Shown: positions 26,328 to 36,170 of the stretch, piece by piece
Numbering within the stretch: position 1 is the stretch's first letter
Layout: every line of letters starts with the position of its first letter
Assembly (NCBI GenBank): GCA_965223415.1
Contig: OZ245002.1
Coordinates: 4,928,001 to 4,992,000 of the forward strand
Length of the DNA stretch: 64,000 bases
Source: Myxococcota bacterium
GTDB lineage: Bacteria > Myxococcota_A > UBA9160 > UBA6930
Direction: 5' to 3'
The notes under the pieces: generated by a model
Told to the model about the DNA's origin: nothing
What the model saw: the letters and a program-made list of their open reading frames with translations, nothing else
Database searches by the model: none
Position numbers and translations under genes: made by a program

Positions 26328-27143
26328 GTGTTCGGACGAACGGGGGGCCCGCTGGAGGAACGGCGGGCCTGCTACCCTGCCCTCGTGTCGTTGGGGGGAA
26401 GCGCCCGCACGCGAGGAGGGTTCGCGGTCTGCTGCGCGCTCCTGCTCGGTGTGGTCCCGGCCGCCGGCGAGAGCGCGGCTCGGCTCCTTCCCGAGCCCGG
26501 TGAGGAAGCGTGGGTCCCGCTCACCTTCCCGAGCATCGACCGCCACACCCGCTACGAGGTGGCGCGGCCCGAGGACCTGCCGGGCCGCCGCGCCTTCCGA
26601 AGCCGTGCCGATTGCTCCGCCTCGGCGATGGTCCTGCGCCTCGACGGCGTCGACCTCGCGCGCACGCCGCGCCTCTCCTGGCGCTGGCGCATCGACGAGC
26701 CCATGGACCTCCCCGGCGAGGAGACCCGGGCCGGCGACGACTTCGCTGCCCGCGTCTACATGATGTTCCGCTTCGAGCCCGAGCACGCGGGCATGATGCG
26801 GCGTGCCCAGCAGGGCCTGGGTCGGGCGCTCTACGACGAGGAGCTGCCGGGGGTCGCGCTCAGCTTCGTGTGGGCCAGCCGGCTCTCGGCCGGGCGTCGC
26901 TGGCGCAACCCCTTCGCCGAGGATTCCGCCATGCTGGCCCTGCGCTCCGGCCGCGCACCCGACGATCGCTGGGTGCGTGAGGACGTCGACCTGGACGCCG
27001 AGCACCGGCGCGCCTTCGGTCGCGCGCCCGGCGTCCCCGCGGCCCTCGCGGTGATGACCGACAGCGACGGCAGCTGCAGCCGAGCGGGCGCCGGCTTCGC
27101 CGATTTCCGTCTGCTTCCCGCCCGCGAGGAGGCCACGCCGTGA
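26328..27143 (+). CDS. DUF3047 domain protein (start uncertain)
   Basis: LSWRWRI, GDDFAARVY, LSFVW, AVMTDSD. Confidence 0.82.
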   Translation: MFGRTGGPLEERRACYPALVSLGGSARTRGGFAVCCALLLGVVPAAGESAARLLPEPGEEAWVPLTFPSIDRHTRYEVARPEDLPGRRAFRSRADCSASAMVLRLDGVDLARTPRLSWRWRIDEPMDLPGEETRAGDDFAARVYMMFRFEPEHAGMMRRAQQGLGRALYDEELPGVALSFVWASRLSAGRRWRNPFAEDSAMLALRSGRAPDDRWVREDVDLDAEHRRAFGRAPGVPAALAVMTDSDGSCSRAGAGFADFRLLPAREEATP

Positions 27144-28555
27144 GCGGTCTCGTGGCGGAGGGCTGGATCGACGACCTCTGGGAGCGGTCCATCGTCCCAG
27201 CCCTCGAGAGCTACATCCGCATTCCCAACAAGTCGCCGCTCTTCGACGCCGACTGGCGGGCCCACGGGCACATGGATCGGGCGGTGGCCGAGGTGGCGGC
27301 GTGGTGCCGGAGCCGCCAGGTCCCCGGGCTCAGCATCGAGGTGATCGAAGACCCGGAGCGCACGCCGCTGCTGCTGATGGAGGTCCCGGGCCGCGGCGAG
27401 GACACGGTGCTCCTCTACGGCCACCTGGACAAGCAGCCGGAGATGACCGGCTGGGAGGACGGCCTCGGCCCGTGGGCGCCGGTGCGGCGCGGCGATTGCC
27501 TCTACGGCCGGGGCGGCGCAGACGACGGCTATGCGGCCTTCGCCTCCCTGGCGGCGCTGGAGCTCCTGGCCCGGGAAGGCGTCCCCCACGCCCGCTGCGT
27601 GCTGCTCATCGAGTGCTGCGAGGAGAGCGGCAGTCCGGATCTGCCCCACCACGTGCGGCGGCTGCTTCCCCGGATCGGCCAGCCTTCGCTGGTGGTGTGT
27701 CTCGACTCCGGCTGCGGGAACTACGACCAGCTCTGGGGAACGACCTCCCGGCGCGGCATGGTCACCGGCGAGCTCACGGTCGAAGTGCTGCGCGAGGGTG
27801 TGCACTCGGGGGATGCGGGCGGGATCGTGCCCTCGAGCTTCCGCCTGCTGCGCCAGCTGCTTTCGCGGCTCGAAGAGGAGGAGACCGGACGCATCCGGCC
27901 GAAGGAGCTGAACCCGCCGATCCCCGAAGACCGACGGTCCCAGGCGCGCCGGGTGGCCGACGAGATCGGCAACGCCGTGTGCTCGCGCTTCCCCTTCGTC
28001 GACGACACCCGCCCGATGGCCGGAGATCCGGTGGAGGCGATCCTGAACCGGACCTGGCGGCCCGCGCTGGCGGTCACAGGGCTGGGCGGAGCGCCGGCCC
28101 CCGGCGACGCGGGCAACGTCCTGCGCCCGGCGACGACCGCGAAGCTCTCCCTGCGGCTGCCGCCAACGGTGGACGGCGAGGCGGCCACGGCCCAGGTGAA
28201 AGCGCTCCTCGAAGCCGATCCCCCGAGCGGCGCCGCCGTCCACTTCGAGCCGGAGCCCGCGGCCACGGGCTGGGACGCTCCGCCCATCGCCGCCTGGCTC
28301 GAGCGCGCGGTCGAGGACGCCTCCCAGGGCACTTTCGGCCGCCCCGCCCTCTTCATGGGCGAGGGCGGCACGATCCCGTTCATGGCCATGCTGGGCGATC
28401 TCTTCCCGGGCGCCCAGTTCCTGATCACCGGCGTGCTCGGCCCCGGCTCGAACGCCCACGGCCCGAACGAGTTCCTGCACCTCCCCACGGCCAAGCAGCT
28501 CACCGTCGCCGTCGCCCGCATCCTCGCGGACCATGAGACAAGGGGACGTTCCTGA
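27140..28555 (+). CDS. M20 family metallopeptidase
   Basis: YGHLDKQP, GRGGADDG, CEESGS, HSG, NAHGPNE. Confidence 0.93.
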   Translation: MSGLVAEGWIDDLWERSIVPALESYIRIPNKSPLFDADWRAHGHMDRAVAEVAAWCRSRQVPGLSIEVIEDPERTPLLLMEVPGRGEDTVLLYGHLDKQPEMTGWEDGLGPWAPVRRGDCLYGRGGADDGYAAFASLAALELLAREGVPHARCVLLIECCEESGSPDLPHHVRRLLPRIGQPSLVVCLDSGCGNYDQLWGTTSRRGMVTGELTVEVLREGVHSGDAGGIVPSSFRLLRQLLSRLEEEETGRIRPKELNPPIPEDRRSQARRVADEIGNAVCSRFPFVDDTRPMAGDPVEAILNRTWRPALAVTGLGGAPAPGDAGNVLRPATTAKLSLRLPPTVDGEAATAQVKALLEADPPSGAAVHFEPEPAATGWDAPPIAAWLERAVEDASQGTFGRPALFMGEGGTIPFMAMLGDLFPGAQFLITGVLGPGSNAHGPNEFLHLPTAKQLTVAVARILADHETRGRS

Positions 28556-28612
28556 TCGTCTCACGGCAGCGCACCGCATGCGTGAGACAGAAAAGAACGT
28601 CCCCTTGTCTCA
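28534..28612. repeat. REP-like palindromic doublet
   Basis: Perfect 18-bp inverted repeat TGAGACAAGGGGACGTTC (28534-28551) / GAACGTCCCCTTGTCTCA (28595-28612), inner IR GTCTCACG / CGTGAGAC. Confidence 0.8.
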
Positions 28613-28613
28613 C

Positions 28614-29486
28614 TCAGAGCTTCTGGAGGATGTCGTGGGCGAAGCGGTGGATTCCGTCGATCTTGTCTTCGAGGGAGGCGGGATCGGCGCCGTAGAAGAC
28701 CCAGGGCATCGTGGTCAGGTGGGTGACGCCTGCGTCGTGCAGGCGCCGGTAGCCGTCGAGATCGGCCGTGTCGCTGCAGGAAGCCACGATGTCGAAGGGC
28801 CGGCTGGCACGGGGGCCTTTGGCGCGCAGCTCGGCGAGGGTGGTGACGAGCTCGGAGAGCTCGGAGGTCGTGTGGAGGTCGGAGATCCAGCCGTCGCCGC
28901 GGGTCGCTGCGCGCCGCAGGGCCGGCTTCGAGAAGCCGCCGATGTAGATGGGCACCGGCGCCTCGGGGACCGGGCTCATCTCGAGGCGCGGGAAGTCGTA
29001 GAGCTCGCCGTGGTGCTCGACCCAGCCGCCCTGCCAGAGCGTGCGCAGCACGTCGATCATCTCGTCCATGCGGCGGCCGCGGGCGGCGAAGGGCTGCTCC
29101 ATCAGGGCGAACTCCTCCGCCATCCAGCCGGCCCCGGCGCCCAGGGCGATGCGCCCGCCGGAGAGAACGGCGGCGGTTCCAATGGCCTTCGCGACCAGGA
29201 ACGGGTTGCGCATGGGCAGGACGAAGATGCTGGTGATGACGCGCAGCCGCTCGGTCACCGCCGTGAGCGCCCCGGCCGTGACCCAGGGATCCGGCCAGTC
29301 CGTGAAGGGCTCCCAGCGCGGTTGGCCGTCCGGCGTGTACGGGTACGGCGTCTCGAGCTTCTCCGGATGGATCACGTGGTCCGAGAGGGCGACGGCGTCG
29401 AAGCCCGCCTGGTCCGCCGCACGGGCGAGGGGCGCCAGATGGGCCGGCGGCTGGAAGGCCAGCGAGATCACGAAGCGTAGGGGCAT
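28614..29486 (-). CDS. LLM-class (probably F420-dependent) oxidoreductase
   Basis: GFDAVALSDH, DPWV, RNPFLVAK, GAGWMAEEF, ALRRAA..GDGW. Confidence 0.9.
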   Translation of the reverse strand: MPLRFVISLAFQPPAHLAPLARAADQAGFDAVALSDHVIHPEKLETPYPYTPDGQPRWEPFTDWPDPWVTAGALTAVTERLRVITSIFVLPMRNPFLVAKAIGTAAVLSGGRIALGAGAGWMAEEFALMEQPFAARGRRMDEMIDVLRTLWQGGWVEHHGELYDFPRLEMSPVPEAPVPIYIGGFSKPALRRAATRGDGWISDLHTTSELSELVTTLAELRAKGPRASRPFDIVASCSDTADLDGYRRLHDAGVTHLTTMPWVFYGADPASLEDKIDGIHRFAHDILQKL

Positions 29487-29564
29487 GGATCCTCCGGTGG
29501 AGCCGGAGTCTGCCTCGGTCCGGCGTCACCGCAAGCTGGAGTACGCTGGGCCGAGGAGGCAGCC

Positions 29565-30413
29565 ATGACCCGCACCCTCACGACCCTGCTCGATGGTCTG
29601 GTCTTTCCGGAAGGCCCGCGCTGGCACGACGGCCGGCTCTGGTTCTCGGACATGCACGCCCGCGCTGTCCTCACCGTCACCCCGGACGGCAAGACCGAGA
29701 AGGTGCTGCGGGTCGAGGAGCGCCCTTCGGGCCTGGGCTGGCTGCCGGACGGACGGCTCCTGGTCGTCTCGATGCACGATCGCCGCCTGCTCCGCCGCGA
29801 GGCCGACGGCCGCCTGGTGGAGCACGCGAACCTCTACGACCTCGCCCGCTACCACTGCAACGACATGGTCGTGGACGCCCGCGGCCACGCCTTCGTCGGG
29901 AACTTCGGCTTCGACCTCGATGCCGGCGACACGCCCGTCCCCACGGAGCTGCTGCGGGTCGACCCGGACGGCTCGGTGCACGTCGCCGCCGAGGAGATGC
30001 GTTTCCCCAACGGTGCGGTCGTCACGCCGGATGGCAGTACGCTCATCGTCGGCGAGTCCTTTGGCGGGTGCCTCACCGCCTTCGACCTGGCGCCGGACGG
30101 AAGCCTGGCGGAGCGCCGGGTCTGGGCCCAGCTCCAGGGCGCCGTGCCCGACGGCATTTGCCTCGACGCCGAGGGCGCTGTGTGGGTCGCTTCGCCGGTG
30201 TCGAACGAGGTGCTGCGGGTGCGCGAGGGAGGCGAAGTCGCCGAGCGCATTCCGACGGATCAGATGGCCATCGCCTGCATGCTCGGGGGCGACGACCGCC
30301 GCACCCTCTTCGTCCTCACCTCGAAGAGCACGAACCCGGAGGAGTGCGAGACGGCGCGGGCCGCGAAGATCCTCACCTGCCCGGTCGACGTGCCCGGAGC
30401 CGGCCTGCCCTAG
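29565..30413 (+). CDS. SMP-30/gluconolactonase/LRE family protein
   Basis: FPEGPRW, CNDMVVD, FPNG, PDGICLDAEG. Confidence 0.93.
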   Translation: MTRTLTTLLDGLVFPEGPRWHDGRLWFSDMHARAVLTVTPDGKTEKVLRVEERPSGLGWLPDGRLLVVSMHDRRLLRREADGRLVEHANLYDLARYHCNDMVVDARGHAFVGNFGFDLDAGDTPVPTELLRVDPDGSVHVAAEEMRFPNGAVVTPDGSTLIVGESFGGCLTAFDLAPDGSLAERRVWAQLQGAVPDGICLDAEGAVWVASPVSNEVLRVREGGEVAERIPTDQMAIACMLGGDDRRTLFVLTSKSTNPEECETARAAKILTCPVDVPGAGLP

Positions 30414-30928
30414 TAGTCGAGGACGACGTGGCAGTCCACGTCGAGCTTGTCGCGGCCGGCCAGGGCCTGGAGCTCGATCAGGAAGGCGCAGCCCACGACC
30501 TCCCCGCCGCACTTGCGCACCAGCTCCACCGCAGCGGCGGCGGTGCCGCCCGTGGCAATCAGGTCGTCGACGATCAGGACGCGCTGGCCCGGCTCCACCG
30601 TGTCGACGTGCATCTCCACCGTGTCGCTGCCGTACTCGAGCTCGTAGCTCGCCGAGTGGCTCTGCCAGGGGAGCTTGCCCGCCTTGCGCACCAGCCCGAA
30701 GCCCGCGTCCAGGGCGAGGGCGACCGGGGTGCCCAGGATGAAGCCTCGGGACTCGATGCCCAGCACTCGATCCACGCGCTGATCGCGGAAGGGAGCCATC
30801 AGCGCGTCGAGGGCGGCCCGCAGGCCGGCCGGGTCCAGCAGGAGGGGCGTGACGTCCCGGAAGAGGATGCCCTCCTTGGGGAAGTCGGGGACGTCCCGAA
30901 TCAGCGCGCGCAGTTGATCGGCAGTCAT
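30410..30928 (-). CDS. apt: Adenine phosphoribosyltransferase
   Basis: PDFPKEGILFRDVT, IESRGF, RKAGKLP, LEYG, VDDLIATGGT. Confidence 0.96.
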   Translation of the reverse strand: MTADQLRALIRDVPDFPKEGILFRDVTPLLLDPAGLRAALDALMAPFRDQRVDRVLGIESRGFILGTPVALALDAGFGLVRKAGKLPWQSHSASYELEYGSDTVEMHVDTVEPGQRVLIVDDLIATGGTAAAAVELVRKCGGEVVGCAFLIELQALAGRDKLDVDCHVVLDY

Positions 30929-31000
30929 GGCTCCAGCACCGCATCGGTCTCCGCGCCGAAATGCCTGAGGTGGATTCGGAGCTCGCACCGGGACGTTCGT

Positions 31001-31690
31001 TCAGGGCAAGAAGAGTAGCGGGTCCTGGGCGATCTCGTCCCGGCGGATCTCGAAGTGGAGGTGGGGGCCGGTCGCGTTGCCGGAGGTCCCGACCTCGCCG
31101 ACGACCGCGCCCTTGTCGACGAAGCCCCCCCGCCCGACCCGGTTGCGGCGGTGATGGGCGTAGACGCTGGCATACGCGGGCGAGTGTCGGATGACGACGA
31201 CGTTGCCGTAGCCGCCCATGCGCCCGCTGAAGACGACCCGGCCCGCCTCGGCGGCGCGCACCAACGAGCCGCGGGAGGCGGCGATGTCCAGGCCTTCGTG
31301 GAGGCGCCGGCCGCGGGGTCCGTAGCTGGAGGTGATGCGCCCGCGCACCGGCCAGGCGAACTGCAGCCCGCCTGCGGCCAGGGCGTCGGCCTCCGCCCGC
31401 GGGCGCGACTGGAAGGGCGGCCGCAGGGCTCGGACCGGCCGCGGCCCCCGGGCGCCGGGGATCCACAACCGCGTTCCGACCGGCATGTCCCGGACGTTCG
31501 GGATGTCGTTCGCCTCGACGATCGCCGACACGGACACGCGATAGTGCCGGGCGATCCGGAACAGGTTCTCGCCGCCCTGCACCGTGTGCACCAGGCCCTC
31601 GCCGCGATGGGCACAGGCCGAGCCCAGCCCCACCAGCAGGAGGAGAGCCACCAGCACCGGGCACAGTCTCGTGCGCGTCAGGCGGCCCAT
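31001..31690 (-). CDS. nlpD: LysM + M23 peptidase lipoprotein (NlpD-like)
   Basis: Lipobox GSAC, LysM HTVQGGENLFRIA, HEGLDI, YAH, HLHFEIR. Confidence 0.88.
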   Translation of the reverse strand: MGRLTRTRLCPVLVALLLLVGLGSACAHRGEGLVHTVQGGENLFRIARHYRVSVSAIVEANDIPNVRDMPVGTRLWIPGARGPRPVRALRPPFQSRPRAEADALAAGGLQFAWPVRGRITSSYGPRGRRLHEGLDIAASRGSLVRAAEAGRVVFSGRMGGYGNVVVIRHSPAYASVYAHHRRNRVGRGGFVDKGAVVGEVGTSGNATGPHLHFEIRRDEIAQDPLLFLP

Positions 31691-32346
31691 CCGTGATCGC
31701 CTACCAGGTCCACGAAGCGACAGGGGCCGAGGCTCTCCCGTCGCAGCTCGTCGGCGGGAGTGCGGCGCACGCGCACGAGCTCCTGGCGTCCCCGGTCACC
31801 GAAGGGGCCGACGAGTCGTCCGCCCGGCCCGAGCTGGGCCAGCAGGGGCTCGGGGATCTCGGGCCCTCCGGCGGTCACCACGATGGCGTCGAAGGGCGCC
31901 TCGGCGGGACGCCCGCGGGTCCCGTCGCCGAGGTGCACCACCACGTTGGTGACGCCGAGGACGTCGAGGGCCGAGCGAGCCCGATTGGCCAGGCCGGGCA
32001 GGCGTTCGATCGAGACGATGTGGGCCGCCAGCCTGGCGAGGATCGCCGCCTGGTAGCCGGAGCCGGTGCCGACCTCGAGAACCGTCTCCTCGCCGCCGAG
32101 CTCGAGGGCCTCGGACATGGCGGCGACGATGCCCGGGGCCGAGATGGTCTGACGCTCGCCGATCGGCAGGGCCACGTCCTGATAGGCGCGCTCGCGAAGG
32201 GCCTCGTCCACGAGCAGGTGGCGCGGTACCGAAGCCACTGCATCGAGCACCCGCGTATCGCGCACCCCGTGCTCCCGTAGACGCTCGCGCAGCCGGCGCC
32301 GCGCACCGGCCCAGTCGCCCGCTCCCTCACGGCGCGCCGCCCCCAT
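31678..32346 (-). CDS. pcm: Protein-L-isoaspartate O-methyltransferase
   Basis: VPRHL, QTISAP, VLEVGTGSGYQ, APFDAIVVTA. Confidence 0.95.
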   Translation of the reverse strand: MGAARREGAGDWAGARRRLRERLREHGVRDTRVLDAVASVPRHLLVDEALRERAYQDVALPIGERQTISAPGIVAAMSEALELGGEETVLEVGTGSGYQAAILARLAAHIVSIERLPGLANRARSALDVLGVTNVVVHLGDGTRGRPAEAPFDAIVVTAGGPEIPEPLLAQLGPGGRLVGPFGDRGRQELVRVRRTPADELRRESLGPCRFVDLVGDHGWAA

Positions 32347-32363
32347 CGCGGCAGGCTAGCGAA

Positions 32364-34406
32364 GTGGGCACCGGCGGGCCGAGGCGGGCTCACGGCGGTT
32401 CGCGTAGGCTCGGCGGCGTGTCGAGGGGCAGCGGCGCGAGGAAGCGGAGTCGTCAGGGGGAGCGGCTCGCAGCGGCGCTCGCCTGCGTGTGGGCGCTTGC
32501 CTGCTCGCCCCCGCTCCCGCCGCCGCCCGCGCCCGGCCCCGCGGCCGGCTGGCCGACCTGGGGCGGGCCGCCGGGGGGCACCCGCTACTCGCCCCTCGAC
32601 CAGATCCGTCCCGAGAACGTGCACCGGCTCGAGCTCGCCTGGAGCGTGCGCACCGGCGACTACGATCCCAGCGGCACCGTGCGCAGCTCCTTCCAGGCCA
32701 CGCCGATCCTCATGGACGACGCCCTCCTCCTCTGCACCCCCTTCAACCGGGTGCTGGCCGTGGATGCGGAGACCGGCGAGATCCGGTGGAGCTTCGACCC
32801 GGAGGTCTCGCGGGAGGGTCGCTCCGGTCGCACCTGCCGCGGCGTCGCGGCATGGAGCGGCGAAGGTGCTTCCGGCGCCTGCACGAGGCGCGTCTTCACG
32901 GGAACCATGGACGCGCGACTCATCGCCCTGGACGTCGCCACCGGGAAGCCCTGCCGGGATTTCGGGCGGGACGGAGAGATCGACCTCACGGGACACCTGG
33001 GCGACGTTCGTCCCTGGGAGGTGCAGGTGACCTCGCCGCCGGCGGTCCTGGGAGACGTGGTGGCGGTGGGCACCGCCGTCGCCGACAACCGGCGCGCCGA
33101 CGCTCCCGGCGGCGTGGTCCGCGGCTATGACGTGCGCAGCGGCGCCTTGCGCTGGGCCTTCGATCCGGCGCCTCCCGGCGCCGCCCCTCCACCGCGGGAC
33201 GACGGTGCCCGCTACCACCGTGGCACGCCGAACGCGTGGAGCGTCCTCTCGGCCGATCCGGAGCGCGGGCTCCTGTACGTGCCGACGGGCAACCCCAGCA
33301 ACGACTTCCATCGCGGAGGCCGCGGCGCCATCGACCACTATGGAAGCTCCGTCGTCGCCCTGGACGCCGCGACCGGAACCGTCCGCTGGCACTTCCAGAC
33401 CGTGCACCACGACCTCTGGGACTACGACGTCGCCTCCCAGCCGAGCCTGGTGGGCCTGCGGAGCGCAGGAGAGACCCGCGCGGCGGTCGTGCAGCCCACG
33501 AAGGTCGGCCACCTGTTCCTGCTCGATCCCGCCACCGGCGAGCCGCTCTACCCGGTGGAGGAGCGGCCGGTCGCGCGCTCCGACGTTCCGGGCGAGGAGA
33601 GCGCTGCCACCCAGCCGTTCCCGACGCATCCCCCGCCGCTCCACCCCTCGGGCCTCGACCCCGCGGACGTCTGGGGGCTTACGCCCTTCGACCGCGCGGC
33701 CTGCCGCCGGCAGCTCGACGGCCTGCGCAACGAGGGCCCGTTCACGCCGCCGAGCCTCCAGGGCTCGATCCAATACCCGAGCGTGGCCGGCGGCGCGAAC
33801 TGGGGAAGCGGCGCCTTCGATCCGGCGTCGCAGCTCTTCGTCCTGCTGCAGACCCGCCTGGCGAACGTCCAGCGCCTGATTCCCGCGGACGAGCTGGCCA
33901 CCACCGCGTCCCGCCCGCCGCGGGAGATCCTCTTTCCCCAACGCGGCGCGCCTTACGGCCTGCTGCAGGGGGTGTTCGTCTCACCTCTCGGCATCCCCTG
34001 CACACCGCCTCCCTGGGCCACCCTCACGGCGGTGGACCTCGTGAGCGGCGAGACCCGTTGGGAGATCCCGTTCGGCACGACGCGGACCCAGGCGCCGTGG
34101 CCGTTCTGGCTCGGCTGGGGCATCCCGGGTATGGGCGGACCGATCGTGACCGGCGGAGGCCTGGTCTTCATCGGCGCCGCCATGGACGGTGGCTTCCGCG
34201 CCCTCGATCTGGCCACCGGCCGGGAGCTCTGGCGAACCTGGCTCCCCGCTGGCGGCCAGGCGACGCCCATGACCTATCGGGTGCGCGACGGAGGCCGCCA
34301 GCGGGTCGTGATTGCCGCCGGGGGGCACAGCACGCTGGGCACGAAGCGGGGCGACTGGCTGTTGGCGTTCGCGCTGCCGGAGCCCGCCTCGTCGGACGGC
34401 CCCTAG
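32364..34406 (+). CDS. PQQ-dependent membrane glucose/quinate dehydrogenase family (start uncertain)
   Basis: RYSPLDQI, FQATP, CRGVA, PNAWS, HHDLWDYD, GGANW, GGQATPMTY. Confidence 0.92.
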   Translation: MGTGGPRRAHGGSRRLGGVSRGSGARKRSRQGERLAAALACVWALACSPPLPPPPAPGPAAGWPTWGGPPGGTRYSPLDQIRPENVHRLELAWSVRTGDYDPSGTVRSSFQATPILMDDALLLCTPFNRVLAVDAETGEIRWSFDPEVSREGRSGRTCRGVAAWSGEGASGACTRRVFTGTMDARLIALDVATGKPCRDFGRDGEIDLTGHLGDVRPWEVQVTSPPAVLGDVVAVGTAVADNRRADAPGGVVRGYDVRSGALRWAFDPAPPGAAPPPRDDGARYHRGTPNAWSVLSADPERGLLYVPTGNPSNDFHRGGRGAIDHYGSSVVALDAATGTVRWHFQTVHHDLWDYDVASQPSLVGLRSAGETRAAVVQPTKVGHLFLLDPATGEPLYPVEERPVARSDVPGEESAATQPFPTHPPPLHPSGLDPADVWGLTPFDRAACRRQLDGLRNEGPFTPPSLQGSIQYPSVAGGANWGSGAFDPASQLFVLLQTRLANVQRLIPADELATTASRPPREILFPQRGAPYGLLQGVFVSPLGIPCTPPPWATLTAVDLVSGETRWEIPFGTTRTQAPWPFWLGWGIPGMGGPIVTGGGLVFIGAAMDGGFRALDLATGRELWRTWLPAGGQATPMTYRVRDGGRQRVVIAAGGHSTLGTKRGDWLLAFALPEPASSDGP

Positions 34407-34410
34407 CTTA

Positions 34411-36069
34411 CTTCCCGTCCGAGAAGAGCCGTTCGTCGGCCTCTTAGTGGATCGTTGGCGGTCTTCGCGGGCGTTGAGAGTAGCGATGTCACAGCAGTCC
34501 CGGAGCCGTCGGGGTGAGTGAGCGACCGTGTTCCGATGCGCGGGCGCACGTGTCCACCGACCGAACCACTCTCAGGGGTTCAGGCGAACTCGCGAGTCAG
34601 CAGGTGGCGGGCCAAGGCGACGAGGTTGAAGCTCGTCACACTGGCCCAGACATAGGCCTTGAAGGACGCCAGGCCCCGCCAGGTGCATCGGTCCATCTGG
34701 AACGCTCGCTTGAGCGTCGAGATCACGCCCTCGATCCCCGAGCGGAAGTCACGAAGGCGCCGGAAGACCCAGGCGCTGCGCACCATCTCGTGGACCTCGA
34801 GTCCGCTCTTCTTGTTGAAGGCCATGTCTTCCACGCCGAGCGCCTTGGCCTTGGCAACGTTGTCCATGGACGCGAAGCCTCCGTCCATCGCCACTTGGCG
34901 GGGTGCCTTGCCGAAGAGATCTGCATGGCGCTCGAGCGTACGTTCGACCAGCGTCGAGTCCGTAGGGTTTCCTTCCTCGATGACACAGTCGAGGACGAGT
35001 GACGACCTGCCGCCAGTCAGACAGACCTTGTGACCGTAGTAGGTGCCTCGATTGTCCTTCACGAGGATGTCCGAGTGCGGCTCGAAGATCGACACGATCT
35101 TCTCGGCTGCAGGGACGCGCTCGCCTTCGAGGACACGGCGACGGCTCTGATCGATGACGCGCTCGACGAGGGGAAGCACCGCGAGGAGCTCTTCGCGAAG
35201 CGGCGTCGTGTCTTCGACTCGGGCGACCCTCTCCGCGACGCTACGGGCCGCTTGGCAGACCTCTTCCGTGGCCCGGATCATGCACCGATAGCTCGCGACC
35301 AGGTTGATCGACCGCCGGTGGAACTTGATCGCGTAGGCGCGTCGCTTCACGCAACGACGACGATCCGGGAACATCTTGCGCAGCGAAGGGCGTTGCTTCG
35401 CCATCCTTCGCAAAATCCGCGTCATCACCCGAACGCTGTCCCAGAGCAGGGCCGAGTCGGCGGGCTCGTGGATGTTCGCCTCGACGACCGTCGTATCCGC
35501 CCGAATCGTCTCGCCTCGTTCGATTCCTTCCCGGCGAGCCAGGCCGATCAACGCACGGTGGATGGCTTCCCACGTCTCGGGCCGGATCCGTTTGACGTTG
35601 TCCTGAAGGGTCTGGAAGCGGGGCCAGTCACCGAGCCCGAGTCCTACGAAGCTGCGGAAGGCGGCCGAGTCCTGGAGGTGAAACTCCAACTCCCGGTAGC
35701 TCAGCCCGTGGATCTGCTTGAGTAGGGCGATTCGAAGGACCTGATCGCCGCTGAGGCCCCGACGGCCGGTATCGGCGCGACGTTCCCCGATCAGATCTCC
35801 GTGCACAACAGCACCCAAGCGCGGATCCGCCCCGAGGATCCTGGCGATCATCTGCAGCTCTCGGGTATGTTGATGCGGACCCCATGTGGGCGTGAGTGAG
35901 AGCTGAGTTTCTCGGAATCGGCGCATCGCTTCACCCCCCGGTTGGCGAATTGCTGTGTATGTTCGGTAGGTTGGCACCACCTAACATACACCAATCGAAA
36001 CTCGATCGGGAGGCGCGTTTGCGCCAATTCCTTTTCTTCTCAGTGACTTACGAGTTCTTGGACGGGAAG
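34411..36069 (-). mobile_element. ISNCY-type (ISDol1-like) insertion sequence with 7-bp target duplication TAGCTTA
   Basis: IRs CTTCCCGTCCGAGAA / TTCTTGGACGGGAAG, TAGCTTA at 34404-34410 and 36070-36076. Confidence 0.88.
34580..35926 (-). CDS. DDE transposase (ISNCY / IS5-like)
   Basis: LSYRELEFHL, RADTTVVEANIH, KIVSIFE, YGHK, MDGGF, RSGIEGVIS. Confidence 0.92.
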   Translation of the reverse strand: MRRFRETQLSLTPTWGPHQHTRELQMIARILGADPRLGAVVHGDLIGERRADTGRRGLSGDQVLRIALLKQIHGLSYRELEFHLQDSAAFRSFVGLGLGDWPRFQTLQDNVKRIRPETWEAIHRALIGLARREGIERGETIRADTTVVEANIHEPADSALLWDSVRVMTRILRRMAKQRPSLRKMFPDRRRCVKRRAYAIKFHRRSINLVASYRCMIRATEEVCQAARSVAERVARVEDTTPLREELLAVLPLVERVIDQSRRRVLEGERVPAAEKIVSIFEPHSDILVKDNRGTYYGHKVCLTGGRSSLVLDCVIEEGNPTDSTLVERTLERHADLFGKAPRQVAMDGGFASMDNVAKAKALGVEDMAFNKKSGLEVHEMVRSAWVFRRLRDFRSGIEGVISTLKRAFQMDRCTWRGLASFKAYVWASVTSFNLVALARHLLTREFA

Positions 36070-36170
36070 TAGCTTAGGGACGCCCGACCCCGCCGGTTGA
36101 CACCCGTTCTCCGCCGCCGATACGCTCGGCGGGGATCTGACGGACCGTCAGATCCATTCCAGGAGCCGCC

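Noticed and set aside
31001..32346. pcm-nlpD-apt block as novel
   Set aside because: A conserved housekeeping arrangement. Absence of surE here is not remarkable on its own.
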